64,000 bases of DNA from an uncultured Candidatus Saccharibacteria bacterium (GCA_964456855.1 CAYWCU010000001.1:8442-72441), one strand, 5' to 3'; positions 11,519-21,508 are shown, numbered from the stretch's first letter. The notes: a model not told the origin generated them from the sequence alone. A program made the numbers and translations.

Positions 11519-12355
11519 TTATTTCATTTTTCCCAATACTTCAACCGCCTTCATAAACTGGCGGTCCTTCGGGGTTGCGGTCAACCCCGGAAACATTTTC
11601 CGGTTGTCTCGGACATAATAGTCCGGTTCAATACCGACTTTATGCCACGCCAACCGGCCGTTGCCAGCGAAAATTTCGGAAATGGTCAGCCTTAAGCCTG
11701 ACCCATCCGACAAGGAGTGGCGCTTTTGCGACACCCCTTTGCCGTATGTTTTTTCGCCGACCACCGGGAAACCCCATTGTTGGAGAATCCCGGCGAACAA
11801 CTCGCTCGCCGAGGCTGACCATTCATTAACCAGAACGGCCAATTTCCCTGGCCGAGCCTTATTGAATATATTCTCGCCACAACCGCGAATATCACCCATT
11901 CGCGTTATTTTTTCCTCATCTTTGTATCTTTGCGTAAGGAGGATATCCTCCTTACGAATATTCTGGAAAAGGACCGCCGTTTCCAGACAGAGGTCAAGAA
12001 AGCCTCCTCCATTGTCTCTCAAGTCAAGGACAACAGAACTTTCTGAGCGAACCGCCAACTTAACGGCCGCCTTTACCTCGTTCAAGGCGAGGTAGGAGAG
12101 AAAATTTTTCAAAGAGATGTAGAAAATTCCCTCTCCAAAAGAAACTCTCACCTTTTGCTCCTCTGGCAAGGGATTAAATAAAGGGTCTTCGCCCTTAAAA
12201 AAATACATCCAGGGATCAAAGTTTCCTGAATCCCTGGTCCCCTTCTTTTTCTGGAGCATTGTTTTTAAATGCTCCCTATGTTTCTCGGGGCAGTATTCAT
12301 ACCACCCCTCATTTTTTATAATCTCTTCCACTTCCTCCAGAATTTTATCGTCCAT
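11519..12355 (-). CDS. S41 (CtpA-like) peptidase without signal peptide or PDZ domain, SD-bearing class
   Basis: LDLRDNGGG, SASASELFAG, GEKTYGKG, GIEPD; AAGGAGGT at 12361-12368. Confidence 0.88.
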   Translation of the reverse strand: MDDKILEEVEEIIKNEGWYEYCPEKHREHLKTMLQKKKGTRDSGNFDPWMYFFKGEDPLFNPLPEEQKVRVSFGEGIFYISLKNFLSYLALNEVKAAVKLAVRSESSVVLDLRDNGGGFLDLCLETAVLFQNIRKEDILLTQRYKDEEKITRMGDIRGCGENIFNKARPGKLAVLVNEWSASASELFAGILQQWGFPVVGEKTYGKGVSQKRHSLSDGSGLRLTISEIFAGNGRLAWHKVGIEPDYYVRDNRKMFPGLTATPKDRQFMKAVEVLGKMK

Positions 12356-12440
12356 TTCGGACCTCCTTTATTTGTTTTAAATTTATTTAAATGTCAAAAA
12401 GCTCTGCTTTAATGTGTAGCACAAAACACCGAAAAGTCAA

Positions 12441-14501
12441 CTAAAATTTGATTCTATCTCCCGGCTTGAGAACGCCCGACTTCAGAGGATTTTGCTCCCC
12501 ATTGGAAGTTTTGTCGGTTTTTTTTTCTTCCGTGGCACTAACGGAGTTGCTGTTTTTCATTTTTTCCTCAACGCCTTTTGCCTCCTCGTCCGAATCCGGC
12601 TTGCTTGGAAGCGGCTTCCCAAGAATGTCTTCCAAAGCGGAGCGTAAATCATTTACTCCAGGCTTCGCCTTTTTTTCATCTTGAAGGTCTTTAAGACTGA
12701 TTTTAGCGGGAGCGGAAACTGGAGACGGAACGGGTGTTTTCGCGAGGGTATCTTCGCGCGAGCGAGTTGATGGCTCCCAAACTTTCTTCTCTTCTCTTTG
12801 TCCTGCCACCCGTTCCGCGCGCTGACGAGTTGACGGCTCACGGACTTCCCCCTCTTCTCTCTGCTTCGCTGGTCGTCCCGCAGATTGCTCTACGCGTGGC
12901 GATGGTTTCCGCCACTTGCCGTCCACTCGTTCAAGGCGTCCCGAAGGTTTATTTCGTCCTCCGACAGTAAAAGAAGGTGTCTCGCGAACCGCGGGTGGCT
13001 TCTCTTGCTTTGAGATTTCAGACGCTGCGTCCCGATGGGCTTTGCAAAAAATCGGTCGCTTTTCATCCGGCTTGAACGGAACATACGTCTTTTTCTGGCA
13101 GACGGAACAAAAAGCTTCATACAGCTGCGGTTGCTGGGGTTTATCCTCGCTTTCTTCCCGAGAAGTTTGAGAAGAATTCCCTTCCTTTTTTTCCTCACCT
13201 CGAGAAGACCTCTCGGGGATAAAATCATTGCTGTGCCATTTGATAATTTCCTCTTCAATGGTCGCTTTCTCAGTGGCGTATTTTCCGCGAGAACTTGTTA
13301 TGATTTCTTCCCTGTGGGACATTTCTGAAATTTTTATCGGAGGAAGCGTGGTAGCTGAAAAAGGTCTGGACGCCACTCCATCTATCATCAATTTCAAATA
13401 AATACTGGCAAAACCCAAATTAACAATGTCCTGCACGTAAAATTGCGGAGCGAATTCTTTTTCCAAAAACTCAGCATCCGTCGCGCCGACCCTGAAACTA
13501 ACCATGGTTCCAACATTGCCGAAAACGGCGTCATTGACTCTTTCGTCCATCTGGGCGATGTATTGGTGAGCAAGTATCAGGTTGAGTCGGTATTTTCTGG
13601 CCTCAGACAAAATGTCGGCGAAAGATTCACTCGCGAAGTTTTGGAATTCATCAACATAAAGATAAAAATCCTCGCGCCGCTCTTCCGGAACATCAACGCG
13701 ACTCATTGCCGACAAGTAAATCTTGGTAATGAGCATCTGCCCAATGAGCCGCGAATTTTCTTCGCCAATTCTTCCTTTGGAAAGATTCATTATTAAAATT
13801 TTCTTCTTATCCATAACTTCGCGAATGTCAAAAGCGGATTTCGGCTGCCCGATAATGTTTCTGATAAGCGGATTGGAAACGAACTGACCAACTTTATTCT
13901 GGATGGCGGCGGTCGCCTCGGTGGCAAACTTGTCAGTGTATTTGGCGAATTCATCCGTCCAAAACGCTTTAACCACCGGGTCGGTAATTTTTGAAACCAC
14001 CTCCTTTCGGTAATTTTTGTCGGCAAACATTCGGTTAATTCCAAGAAGGGTTGAATTGGGATATTCAAGCAATGCCAAAATGGCATTGCTCAAAATATAC
14101 TCCATCCTCGCGGACCAAGCATCAACCCAAATCTTTTTGAAAACCCCAAGAAGTCCGGCGGAAACAAGATGCCGCTGGGTAGGGTCAACATTTTCCATCA
14201 CATTGAACGCGATGGGCCAATCAATATCATGCGGAGCGAAATAGACAACATCCTCAACGCGCTCTTTTGGAATAAAATCAAGCATTTTCTCAGCAAATTC
14301 GCCGTGCGGATCAATGATGGCAATTCCTTCCCCATTCTCAATATCCTGAATGGCCATATTTTCCAAGAGGGTTGTTTTTCCCATTCCAGTCTTACCGATG
14401 ATGTACATATGCTTGCTACGGTCCCTTCTTTTAATACCAAAACGCCTCCGCTCGTTGCGAAAATTAGTCTCGGCAAAATAAGTGATATTGTTCTCGTCCA
14501 T
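12441..14501 (-). CDS. VirD4/TraG-HerA-like ATPase (CPR type) with C-terminal Cys-rich domain
   Basis: HMYIIGKTGMGKT Walker A, IDPHG, LYVDEFQNF, SEARKY, CSVC...PFKP...FCKAH. Confidence 0.88.
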   Translation of the reverse strand: MDENNITYFAETNFRNERRRFGIKRRDRSKHMYIIGKTGMGKTTLLENMAIQDIENGEGIAIIDPHGEFAEKMLDFIPKERVEDVVYFAPHDIDWPIAFNVMENVDPTQRHLVSAGLLGVFKKIWVDAWSARMEYILSNAILALLEYPNSTLLGINRMFADKNYRKEVVSKITDPVVKAFWTDEFAKYTDKFATEATAAIQNKVGQFVSNPLIRNIIGQPKSAFDIREVMDKKKILIMNLSKGRIGEENSRLIGQMLITKIYLSAMSRVDVPEERREDFYLYVDEFQNFASESFADILSEARKYRLNLILAHQYIAQMDERVNDAVFGNVGTMVSFRVGATDAEFLEKEFAPQFYVQDIVNLGFASIYLKLMIDGVASRPFSATTLPPIKISEMSHREEIITSSRGKYATEKATIEEEIIKWHSNDFIPERSSRGEEKKEGNSSQTSREESEDKPQQPQLYEAFCSVCQKKTYVPFKPDEKRPIFCKAHRDAASEISKQEKPPAVRETPSFTVGGRNKPSGRLERVDGKWRKPSPRVEQSAGRPAKQREEGEVREPSTRQRAERVAGQREEKKVWEPSTRSREDTLAKTPVPSPVSAPAKISLKDLQDEKKAKPGVNDLRSALEDILGKPLPSKPDSDEEAKGVEEKMKNSNSVSATEEKKTDKTSNGEQNPLKSGVLKPGDRIKF

Positions 14502-14540
14502 CATTCTATAATACCCGACTTACCCAAAAAGAAAAAGGCT

Positions 14541-15737
14541 TTAACGGGCTTTTTCCAACGCATCCACACTGTATCTGTTGGAGGGGCTCCATAGCATCCA
14601 AGAATTCAGTCCGGCATCATAAACGGCCTTTTTCTGAGCGCGAACCATTGCCGGCGTGTATTCTACAGGGTAATTGAAATCCTGAAGCCACGGGCGCAAT
14701 TTAAGGGGACTGGAACTCGCAGCGACAAGACGTTTCACTCCCTCATCCATTGAAAACTTTACGATTTCGTAAGGATAAGCGTTGACATTTTTGTATCCGT
14801 GAAATCCTCTCGGGTAATGAGATGGGTAAACCATCGGGTCAATATAATCAAAGTAAGGAATCGCATATTCCAACAACTGCCCTATATTCAAATCGTCCTT
14901 GTTGGTCATTGACATACCGAACAGGTCGGCCGAAAGAACCACATTCGTGTCCTTGAGTCCTTTTTTAAGATAAGCGAAAAAATCCCTGAGAACTTTCGCT
15001 TTTCCAAACGCCGGATCAGCAACAAGTCTCTTGTTGCTGAAAGGAAAATAAATATTCCTCATATTTCCGTCGGAAGGAAAACGAATATAATCAAAATTCA
15101 ACTCATCAAAACCGAGGGAGTAAGAAGCCTTTGAAAGAGCAACGATGTATTTCCAGTAATCTTTCGCCCCGACATCTATAAAACTCAGCCCTTTGTAGTC
15201 CTTCCAAACTGAAATTTTATCCGCCTTCTTAACGGCAAGATCGGGACGCAACTTGGCATAATAAGGGTCCTGAAAAACGGTAATCCTTCCAATGGTGTAA
15301 ATACCCTCTTTATGTAATCGTCCTATAAAATCTCTCATACTGGAAGCGATACAGCCTTTGCCGTTCGTTCCTTTCAACGCCGGATTATCCGAAGGAAAAG
15401 AAATCGTCCCGGTATAGTCTTTGATATCAATGATGATTGAATTTATTTCTGTTTCATTGACCAGTTTAAGAAGCTTGGCTCGCAAACTGGGAGTGGCGGC
15501 CACACACGCCGTCATATAAATCGCTTTAACCTGTTTGGGGGTTTTAATATGTGTTACGACAAAAACCTTTTTTTTAGGAAGGTGAATCATTATCGCCGAT
15601 TCCGCATTGGCGGATTCCTTTGAATAATTAAAACCAGGAGAACTGAAAAACATGTTCATCCCCAAAAAAAGGAAACCGGCCACCAATACTGAAACGGCCG
15701 GCCAAAAAAACATTTTTTTAGCGAATAAGACTTTCAT
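14541..15737 (-). CDS. Putative glycoside hydrolase (DUF4015-like)
   Basis: IIIDIKD, GRITVFQD, FDELNFDYIRFP, PMVYPSHY, RPWLQDF; N-terminal TM. Confidence 0.82.
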   Translation of the reverse strand: MKVLFAKKMFFWPAVSVLVAGFLFLGMNMFFSSPGFNYSKESANAESAIMIHLPKKKVFVVTHIKTPKQVKAIYMTACVAATPSLRAKLLKLVNETEINSIIIDIKDYTGTISFPSDNPALKGTNGKGCIASSMRDFIGRLHKEGIYTIGRITVFQDPYYAKLRPDLAVKKADKISVWKDYKGLSFIDVGAKDYWKYIVALSKASYSLGFDELNFDYIRFPSDGNMRNIYFPFSNKRLVADPAFGKAKVLRDFFAYLKKGLKDTNVVLSADLFGMSMTNKDDLNIGQLLEYAIPYFDYIDPMVYPSHYPRGFHGYKNVNAYPYEIVKFSMDEGVKRLVAASSSPLKLRPWLQDFNYPVEYTPAMVRAQKKAVYDAGLNSWMLWSPSNRYSVDALEKAR

Positions 15738-15738
15738 C

Positions 15739-15960
15739 TTAAATTATCCGCTCCCTCTCTTCAGTGGGAACAGAAAGCTTCTCTTTTTCTTTGGATACCC
15801 TTTTATCGGCCGCGCAACTCGCGCCTTTCCAAAAAGAAAGAAAAGCGATGAGAAGACCCGTGATAATCATCAATATAACCCTAGTGTTAAAAGGCAAACC
15901 CAAAAAAGCCAAGAATACTATCCAGATTCCCAATATTCCATTTATCCAATCTTTCCACAT
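15739..15960 (-). CDS. Small membrane protein (SPW-repeat-like)
   Basis: MWKDWINGILGIWI... with two TM helices. Confidence 0.65.
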   Translation of the reverse strand: MWKDWINGILGIWIVFLAFLGLPFNTRVILMIITGLLIAFLSFWKGASCAADKRVSKEKEKLSVPTEERERII

Positions 15961-16101
15961 AGTCAATTGGCGCAAACTATGACTGCTCGCATTTTGAGTT
16001 GAATAAGCACAGAACGCGGATTCATCATAAACGCCCATTAGGTTTATAAACTTCGCAAGCTCTCGCAAAAATCATCATATTTTGTCTTGCCGAGCATATT
16101 T

Positions 16102-17028
16102 TTATTGTAGCACAATAATCTCCTCCTTCAAGTTTATACTGAATTTTTCACCAACCTTGCGTTTACAAATTTCAATCAATTCCAAAACATCGCCGGCTTT
16201 GGCGTCGCCAGTGTTGATAATAAAATTAGCGTGTTCTTCGGCTATCTTCGCCCCGCCGATTTGTTTGCCTTTTAATCCGCAGTCTTCTATTAAAAACCCG
16301 GTGGCAAGCTTTCCTCCCTTGATTTTTTCCGCCGGAATAAGCTCTAAAAAGTCTTTTTTGTTTTTTAACTCATCAATCTCAATATTTTTAAAAATACTCC
16401 CGGCGGAAGGATGTGCTGGAAGTTTTCCGCGCCGTTTTTTTAAAATATCGCTTATCGCTTCCCCGCTCTTTCGCTTCTCTCCTTTTTCAAGCGAGAACTC
16501 AACTTCCAGAATAATATCGTGATTGTCCTGATTCTTAAATTTGCTTCCACGGTAAACAAATTCGCAATCCTTGTTTGAGTATTTCTTCACCTCCCCGCTT
16601 TCGGTCAAAACTTCCACACTTTTCACAAACTCAGACATTGAATGACCATAAGCGCCGGCATTGCCCGTCACCGCCCCTCCGACGGTCCCGGGAATGCCCA
16701 CTCCCCATTCCAATCCGGACAGCCCGCAATCAATGGATCTTATTATCAACTGACCGAACAAAACACCCGCGCCCGCCAACATATTCAAGCCGTTCGCTTT
16801 AATCTTTATGTCTTTGATTTGAATAACCACTCCATTATATCCTTCGTCAGAAAATAATATATTGCTCCCTCCCCCAAGAATGAAAAATGGCAAGCCTTTT
16901 TCCTTGGCAAAATTTTTCGCTTCCAATAATTCCTCCCTTGATCCTGCAACGACAAAATACCTTGCCGCCCCGCCGATTCTAAAGGTGGAATGATTCGCCA
17001 ATATTTCATTTTCTTTTATTTCCAACAT
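16102..17028 (-). CDS. murB: UDP-N-acetylenolpyruvoylglucosamine reductase
   Basis: STFRIGG, GGGSNIL, GIPGTVGGA, SAGSIFKN, HANFIIN. Confidence 0.96.
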   Translation of the reverse strand: MLEIKENEILANHSTFRIGGAARYFVVAGSREELLEAKNFAKEKGLPFFILGGGSNILFSDEGYNGVVIQIKDIKIKANGLNMLAGAGVLFGQLIIRSIDCGLSGLEWGVGIPGTVGGAVTGNAGAYGHSMSEFVKSVEVLTESGEVKKYSNKDCEFVYRGSKFKNQDNHDIILEVEFSLEKGEKRKSGEAISDILKKRRGKLPAHPSAGSIFKNIEIDELKNKKDFLELIPAEKIKGGKLATGFLIEDCGLKGKQIGGAKIAEEHANFIINTGDAKAGDVLELIEICKRKVGEKFSINLKEEIIVLQ

Positions 17029-17032
17029 CAGG

Positions 17033-17106
17033 TGGGCGTATCCCGACTCGAACGGGAGACCTCTACAATGTCAATGTAGCGCTCTAACCAACTGAGCTAT
17101 ACGCCC
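17033..17106 (-). tRNA. tRNA-Val(GAC)
   Basis: GGGCGTA/TACGCCC acceptor, TT-GAC-AT loop. Confidence 0.93.
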
Positions 17107-17113
17107 TTCCTTT

Positions 17114-17257
17114 TTAAAAATTCAAACCCCTCCAGCCTCCGTAAATAATACCATTTTTTTTATTTTTTAGCACACCAAAGGGATATTCGGCAATCTTTTT
17201 CAATTCCCGAAATTGTGAATCGGCGGTGAGATTGTAACCTTTGCGCGAAAGTTTCAT
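17114..17257 (-). CDS. Possible 47 aa peptide between two tRNAs
   Basis: ATG one nt after the tRNA-Ser CCA; stop 7 nt before tRNA-Val. Confidence 0.3.
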   Translation of the reverse strand: MKLSRKGYNLTADSQFRELKKIAEYPFGVLKNKKNGIIYGGWRGLNF

Positions 17258-17258
17258 T

Positions 17259-17344
17259 TGGCGGAGGGTACAGGACTCGAACCTGTAAGGGATTGCTCCC
17301 GCCGGTTTTCGAAACCGGTGCCTTACCATTCGGCGCAACCCTCC
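17259..17344 (-). tRNA. tRNA-Ser(CGA)
   Basis: GGAGGGT/ACCCTCC acceptor, TT-CGA-AA loop, long variable arm, CCA. Confidence 0.94.
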
Positions 17345-17480
17345 AATTTTAGGCCCATTCGGCACAATACGCTGATTATATATCAAAAGAGCGGGTTTGA
17401 AAACCGAAAAACCCTTAACAAATGATTTTTTGGTGCTATAATGACGGCAGAAAAACAAGTCATCTTTAAGGAGGAATGAA

Positions 17481-17894
17481 ATGAAAAAAGAATTCAACGC
17501 CTGGGATTATGATGTGTACTCGGGCATTCTGGATGCGATAAAGACATTCAAGGTTTATGTGGGAATGTTGGATGCTCGCACTCAAGACGGAAAGGAAGGG
17601 TACCTTTGGATATTGAGAGAGTATGGAAAGCTCGGTCGCGCCGGAGAAATCTCCGTTTCCGAAGGAGACCACCTTGTCATTTATGGCAAGGACGGAAGCG
17701 TTATTTTCGACGAAACCATCCGCCCCGAACCGCCAATCGGCGCCGAAACTTACAGCTATATTTGCATCCACTGGACGCAGAAAGGGGTTTCCGCCGAGAA
17801 ATGGGCAGACTTCTTCATCCGCCCTGACGGAGAAACTCCCTACCGAGCGGTTCTTCTGAAAAGAAAAAAAGTAGGCGCAAAACAAGGGACGTGA
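17481..17894 (+). CDS. Hypothetical protein, SD-bearing class
   Basis: 137 aa; AAGGAGG at 17468-17474; TTAACA-N16-TATAAT promoter. Confidence 0.78.
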   Translation: MKKEFNAWDYDVYSGILDAIKTFKVYVGMLDARTQDGKEGYLWILREYGKLGRAGEISVSEGDHLVIYGKDGSVIFDETIRPEPPIGAETYSYICIHWTQKGVSAEKWADFFIRPDGETPYRAVLLKRKKVGAKQGT

Positions 17895-17911
17895 AATTTC
17901 ACGTCCCTTTT
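17886..17911. terminator. Terminator hairpin between convergent genes
   Basis: gggacgtgaa-at-ttcacgtccc followed by tttt. Confidence 0.75.
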
Positions 17912-17921
17912 AACTTCTTAC

Positions 17922-18413
17922 TTATCCTTTATCTTTGAGTTCTTGAGAGAGCTCAACGGACACAGCTATGTCCGTCTTGAGGCCTAACTCCTGCCTCAGG
18001 CCGTTCAAAACCATTATCACCTCAATAAAACGGTTTTGAATTTTCTCCCAGATGCCACCACGGGTGGCTAATCTGGCGATTATCAACTTTTCAATCGCCA
18101 GATAATCGCTCAGTCCGATTGCCCGGCGATTATAGAGGTTGGAGAGCCTCTCTGGGAAAAATCCCAAGAGAATAAGGAGGCTTCTAGCCGTTTCCTCCAA
18201 CCATTCTGGGTCTGTCTCAAAGACGGACATGACCATCAACTGATTCTCAAGCACAGTGGCCAGCTGTGCTTGATCCGAGCTCATATATAAAACCATGAGC
18301 TCGGCGAGGAATATTGCTACCCCCTCCTCATAAAATCCTATTTTTCCCATCTTCCGGGCGACCAGCCCAGAGAAAAATTTTTTCACTTCTTTTTCTTCAA
18401 TAATTTTTCCCAT
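17922..18413 (-). CDS. Hypothetical helical protein, SD-bearing class
   Basis: 163 aa; AAGGAGG at 18419-18425; TTGACT...CACACT promoter. Confidence 0.75.
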   Translation of the reverse strand: MGKIIEEKEVKKFFSGLVARKMGKIGFYEEGVAIFLAELMVLYMSSDQAQLATVLENQLMVMSVFETDPEWLEETARSLLILLGFFPERLSNLYNRRAIGLSDYLAIEKLIIARLATRGGIWEKIQNRFIEVIMVLNGLRQELGLKTDIAVSVELSQELKDKG

Positions 18414-18567
18414 TTTGTCCTCCTTTTGGAAATTTGTTATTTAAAGATTTTTTAAATTGCGATTCTGATTTAAGTGTGGCACAAAAAAAGAAAAAGTCAA
18501 GGTTTTTTCGCGCGGCAAACGCGCCCCCCGTGGATTTTTATAAGAAAATATGCTAAAAATAAAACAT

Positions 18568-18638
18568 TGCCGGATCGTCTAATGGCAGGACACATGCCTC
18601 TGGAGCATGGTATCTAGGTTCGAGTCCTAGTCCGGCAG
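18568..18638 (+). tRNA. tRNA-Gln(CTG)
   Basis: TGCCGGA/TCCGGCA acceptor, CT-CTG-GA loop. Confidence 0.94.
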
Positions 18639-18654
18639 CATTGAGCAAAGCGAG

Positions 18655-18776
18655 ATGGTGGCGGGTTAGGACTTGAACCGTAGGCGCCTATTTTAAAAGA
18701 AGCGAAGCGATTATTAAAATAGCGCGTTTCGGAGCCCCGCCATGCGGGGAGAGAGGCGAGTCCTAGTCCGGCAGCA
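18655..18776. repeat. Inverted copy (18655-18679) and direct copy (18757-18776) of the tRNA-Gln 3' end
   Basis: CGAGTCCTAGTCCGGCAGCA repeated exactly; ATGGTGGCGGGTTAGGACTTGAACC is imperfectly complementary to the T-arm and acceptor strand. Confidence 0.8.
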
Positions 18777-18985
18777 AAATGGAGCGCGGTTATTGCGCAC
18801 GAGGGGCGTCAATGCCCGTGCGATTTGTTTTATCCAAAATAATATAGTCTACCGAGCGTAGCATCTAGAACAAAAAATCATCTGATTTGAGTTTTTTGAT
18901 TCTAGGTGCTAATATTGATAAACATCAAGATTAGTTAATGCTCTATGCGTGATAGTATCAAAACAATATAAGTTAAAGAAAAAAT

Positions 18986-19519
18986 ATGAGAATTACATAC
19001 ATACAAACGGGGGGCACAATTGATAAAGATTACCCCCGCGGGGAAACCAGTCATGGTTATGAATTTAAAATTACAGATCCGGCTGTAGAGGATATTATTC
19101 CAAAAATGAACGCGTTATTTGATTATGATATAATGTCGGTTCTCAAGAAAGACAGCTTGGACATTACTGATAATGATAGGGAAAAAATATACAAGGCGGT
19201 TAAAGGGGTAAATAATGATAAAATTATAATAACACACGGAACAGATACTATTTTAGAGACCGCAAAAAAATTATCTAAATTAAAAGATAAAGTGATTATT
19301 TTAACGGGAGCAATGTTACCGAACAAATTTACAACATCAGATGCTAGATTTAATATTGGCATGGCAACAGCTGCTGTGCAGATATTGGCCCCTGGAGTTT
19401 ACATCGCTCTTTATGGAAATGTGGTCCCATGGAATAAGTTTTCAAAAATACAAAAACAATTTAACGAAATGGACAAGATATCTATATTGCCAGGTTTCGG
19501 AACCGATAAGGAGGACTAA
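18986..19519 (+). CDS. Short asparaginase-domain protein
   Basis: TGGTIDKDY, THGTDT, LTGAM. Confidence 0.88.
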   Translation: MRITYIQTGGTIDKDYPRGETSHGYEFKITDPAVEDIIPKMNALFDYDIMSVLKKDSLDITDNDREKIYKAVKGVNNDKIIITHGTDTILETAKKLSKLKDKVIILTGAMLPNKFTTSDARFNIGMATAAVQILAPGVYIALYGNVVPWNKFSKIQKQFNEMDKISILPGFGTDKED

Positions 19520-19683
19520 AATTAAAAACGTTGCAGAACGATTGTATAATGCTATTGATTTAACGGCGCAATTTATTTTGAAAATTGACGAGAGAAGGCG
19601 CTTTTGCGCGCCTTAAATACAAGAATAGTTAAGCGGGAAAAACAACTTGCTGGCTTTGGTTCTGTATACTATAGTTAATATAT

Positions 19684-20190
19684 ATGGAGAACATTATTAT
19701 ATTAGGCATTATCCTCACTATCGCCGGATATATTATCCCATTATTTTTTAAAAAAGGCGGGAGAAGAAAAACTAAAAGAGAAAAAGAGGAATGGTTCCCG
19801 TACATGAAAAAGTCTTTTCTGCTTACCCGCGCAGAACATCAGTTTTTTAAAATTCTTGAACGAGCGGTGGGAGGTCAATATTATATTTTTCCCCAACTCG
19901 CTCCCGATAAAATAGTCCTCCTTAAAGGAAAGGGTTCTTTTAAGAGAGGGTATAGAAATAAGATTAGTAAAAAATCAGTGGATTTTGTTCTTTTTGACAA
20001 ACAAAACATCTCCCCCATTCTTGTTATTGAGCTGGATGACCCCACTCACCAAAGACCGGACAGAAAGGCGCGAGATAGCTTTTTAGATAAAGTATTGAAT
20101 CGTTGTGATATCCCAATTCTTCACACTCACTCAACCTTTAATGAGGAAGAGCTAAAAGCGCAGATTGAGGAAAAAATAAAAAATTTATAA
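19684..20190 (+). CDS. DUF2726-like restriction-endonuclease-fold membrane protein
   Basis: N-terminal TM, LLTRAE, VDFVL, VIELDDPTH, RKARD. Confidence 0.82.
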   Translation: MENIIILGIILTIAGYIIPLFFKKGGRRKTKREKEEWFPYMKKSFLLTRAEHQFFKILERAVGGQYYIFPQLAPDKIVLLKGKGSFKRGYRNKISKKSVDFVLFDKQNISPILVIELDDPTHQRPDRKARDSFLDKVLNRCDIPILHTHSTFNEEELKAQIEEKIKNL

Positions 20191-20432
20191 ATTTCCCAAA
20201 GTTTTTTAAATTTCAAATTTCCAGCCAACAACTCATCCAAAAAAGCGGAGTTGCCAAAACTTAATTGGTATCCAGAATGGATTAAATATAATTAAGAACC
20301 CTTACAAATAAGTAATCTTGATGGTTCTAATAAATCAAAAAAGAGTTTCCGGTCATGAGCCGAAGACCACTGTGCGGCATTTTTTCAAATTCGGCGCTAC
20401 CCAAAATCCGCTTATTAGGTTAAAATAAAGAA

Positions 20433-20963
20433 ATGAAATTTGAAGATGTAAATCAAAGGGAAATAAAAAATAAAATTGAAAATCTGCAATCGCGCGTGGA
20501 AGAAGCCACGGAGTTGGCGCCGAGCCAAGATGAATTTGAAGAAACAATGGAAAAGCAAAACGCCTTGGAAAAAAAATTCAAAAAGAAACAAATATCGTAT
20601 GAAGAACTCCAGCGAGGGTTATGTGAACTAGAAGACTCAACGGGCTCCGTCGAAACAAAGGAATTGACGGAACTGATGGATATTTTGAGAATTATCGGCC
20701 TTGATGAAAAAGAATTGAAGGAAATCGTCGCCCATGAAAACGACCATTGCGCGAAAGCGTTATCTTTCGGATTGGAAACTTTTTACAGAATACAATTCTT
20801 AAAGATAAAGAGAGATAACGGGGAGACCGATCTTGCCATCCTGCCGTCCGCTCATTTTCATTTGCCGGAAGACATGCCGGATGATGAAAAAATAAAAATT
20901 TTGGGAGAAATTGTGAGCGCCCCCGAAGAACTGAGTATCTATGACGAGAAAAAATTACAGTAA
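20433..20963 (+). CDS. Hypothetical protein with HExxH motif
   Basis: AHENDH motif; E/K-rich. Confidence 0.7.
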   Translation: MKFEDVNQREIKNKIENLQSRVEEATELAPSQDEFEETMEKQNALEKKFKKKQISYEELQRGLCELEDSTGSVETKELTELMDILRIIGLDEKELKEIVAHENDHCAKALSFGLETFYRIQFLKIKRDNGETDLAILPSAHFHLPEDMPDDEKIKILGEIVSAPEELSIYDEKKLQ

Positions 20964-21088
20964 GTTTTAAGTTCGCTCAAGTCCCCGCCTAACCGCAACC
21001 TCACCGTTCAATGAAAAATAAAAAATCGCCACCGCGCCGAAACCAACGAGCAAAAATGAATTGTTGAAATAAATAAAATGGAAAAATT

Positions 21089-21277
21089 ATGAATATATTT
21101 TCAATTTTAATGGGGCTGTTTATGGGACTAATCGGCGTATTGGTCTTCTTTCTGCTCATCAGGGAAATAGTTGTTTGGTATCTGAAAATCAATCAAATAA
21201 AAAAATTGCTGGAAAAAATAGAGGAAAATACGCGAAAAGTAAGCTTGGTGCAGGAAAAAAATAATGATAAACGGTAA
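21089..21277 (+). CDS. Small membrane protein
   Basis: One TM followed by REIVVWYLKIN. Confidence 0.6.
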   Translation: MNIFSILMGLFMGLIGVLVFFLLIREIVVWYLKINQIKKLLEKIEENTRKVSLVQEKNNDKR

Positions 21278-21313
21278 AAATTAAAAAAGTACCAAGAGGT
21301 ATTATTTGTATTT

Positions 21314-21508
21314 ATGGAATTTGAATCAGCCGAATTAAAAATGCATTCCGCTCTGCCAAAGGAGAAAAAAGAAATCTTTCTTCCTGAAAATGTTTGGGAG
21401 CAACTGCAAAATCTTGGCATTACGCCTAAAATGGTAAAAGGGTCTGTTCTTGATGTGGGAGCGGGAGATGCTGAATTCGCCAAGGTTTTTGCCGGCTTTA
21501 TTTTTTAG
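21314..21508 (+). pseudogene. Truncated class I SAM methyltransferase
   Basis: Ends just after the VLDVGAGDAEF SAM-binding motif. Confidence 0.6.
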
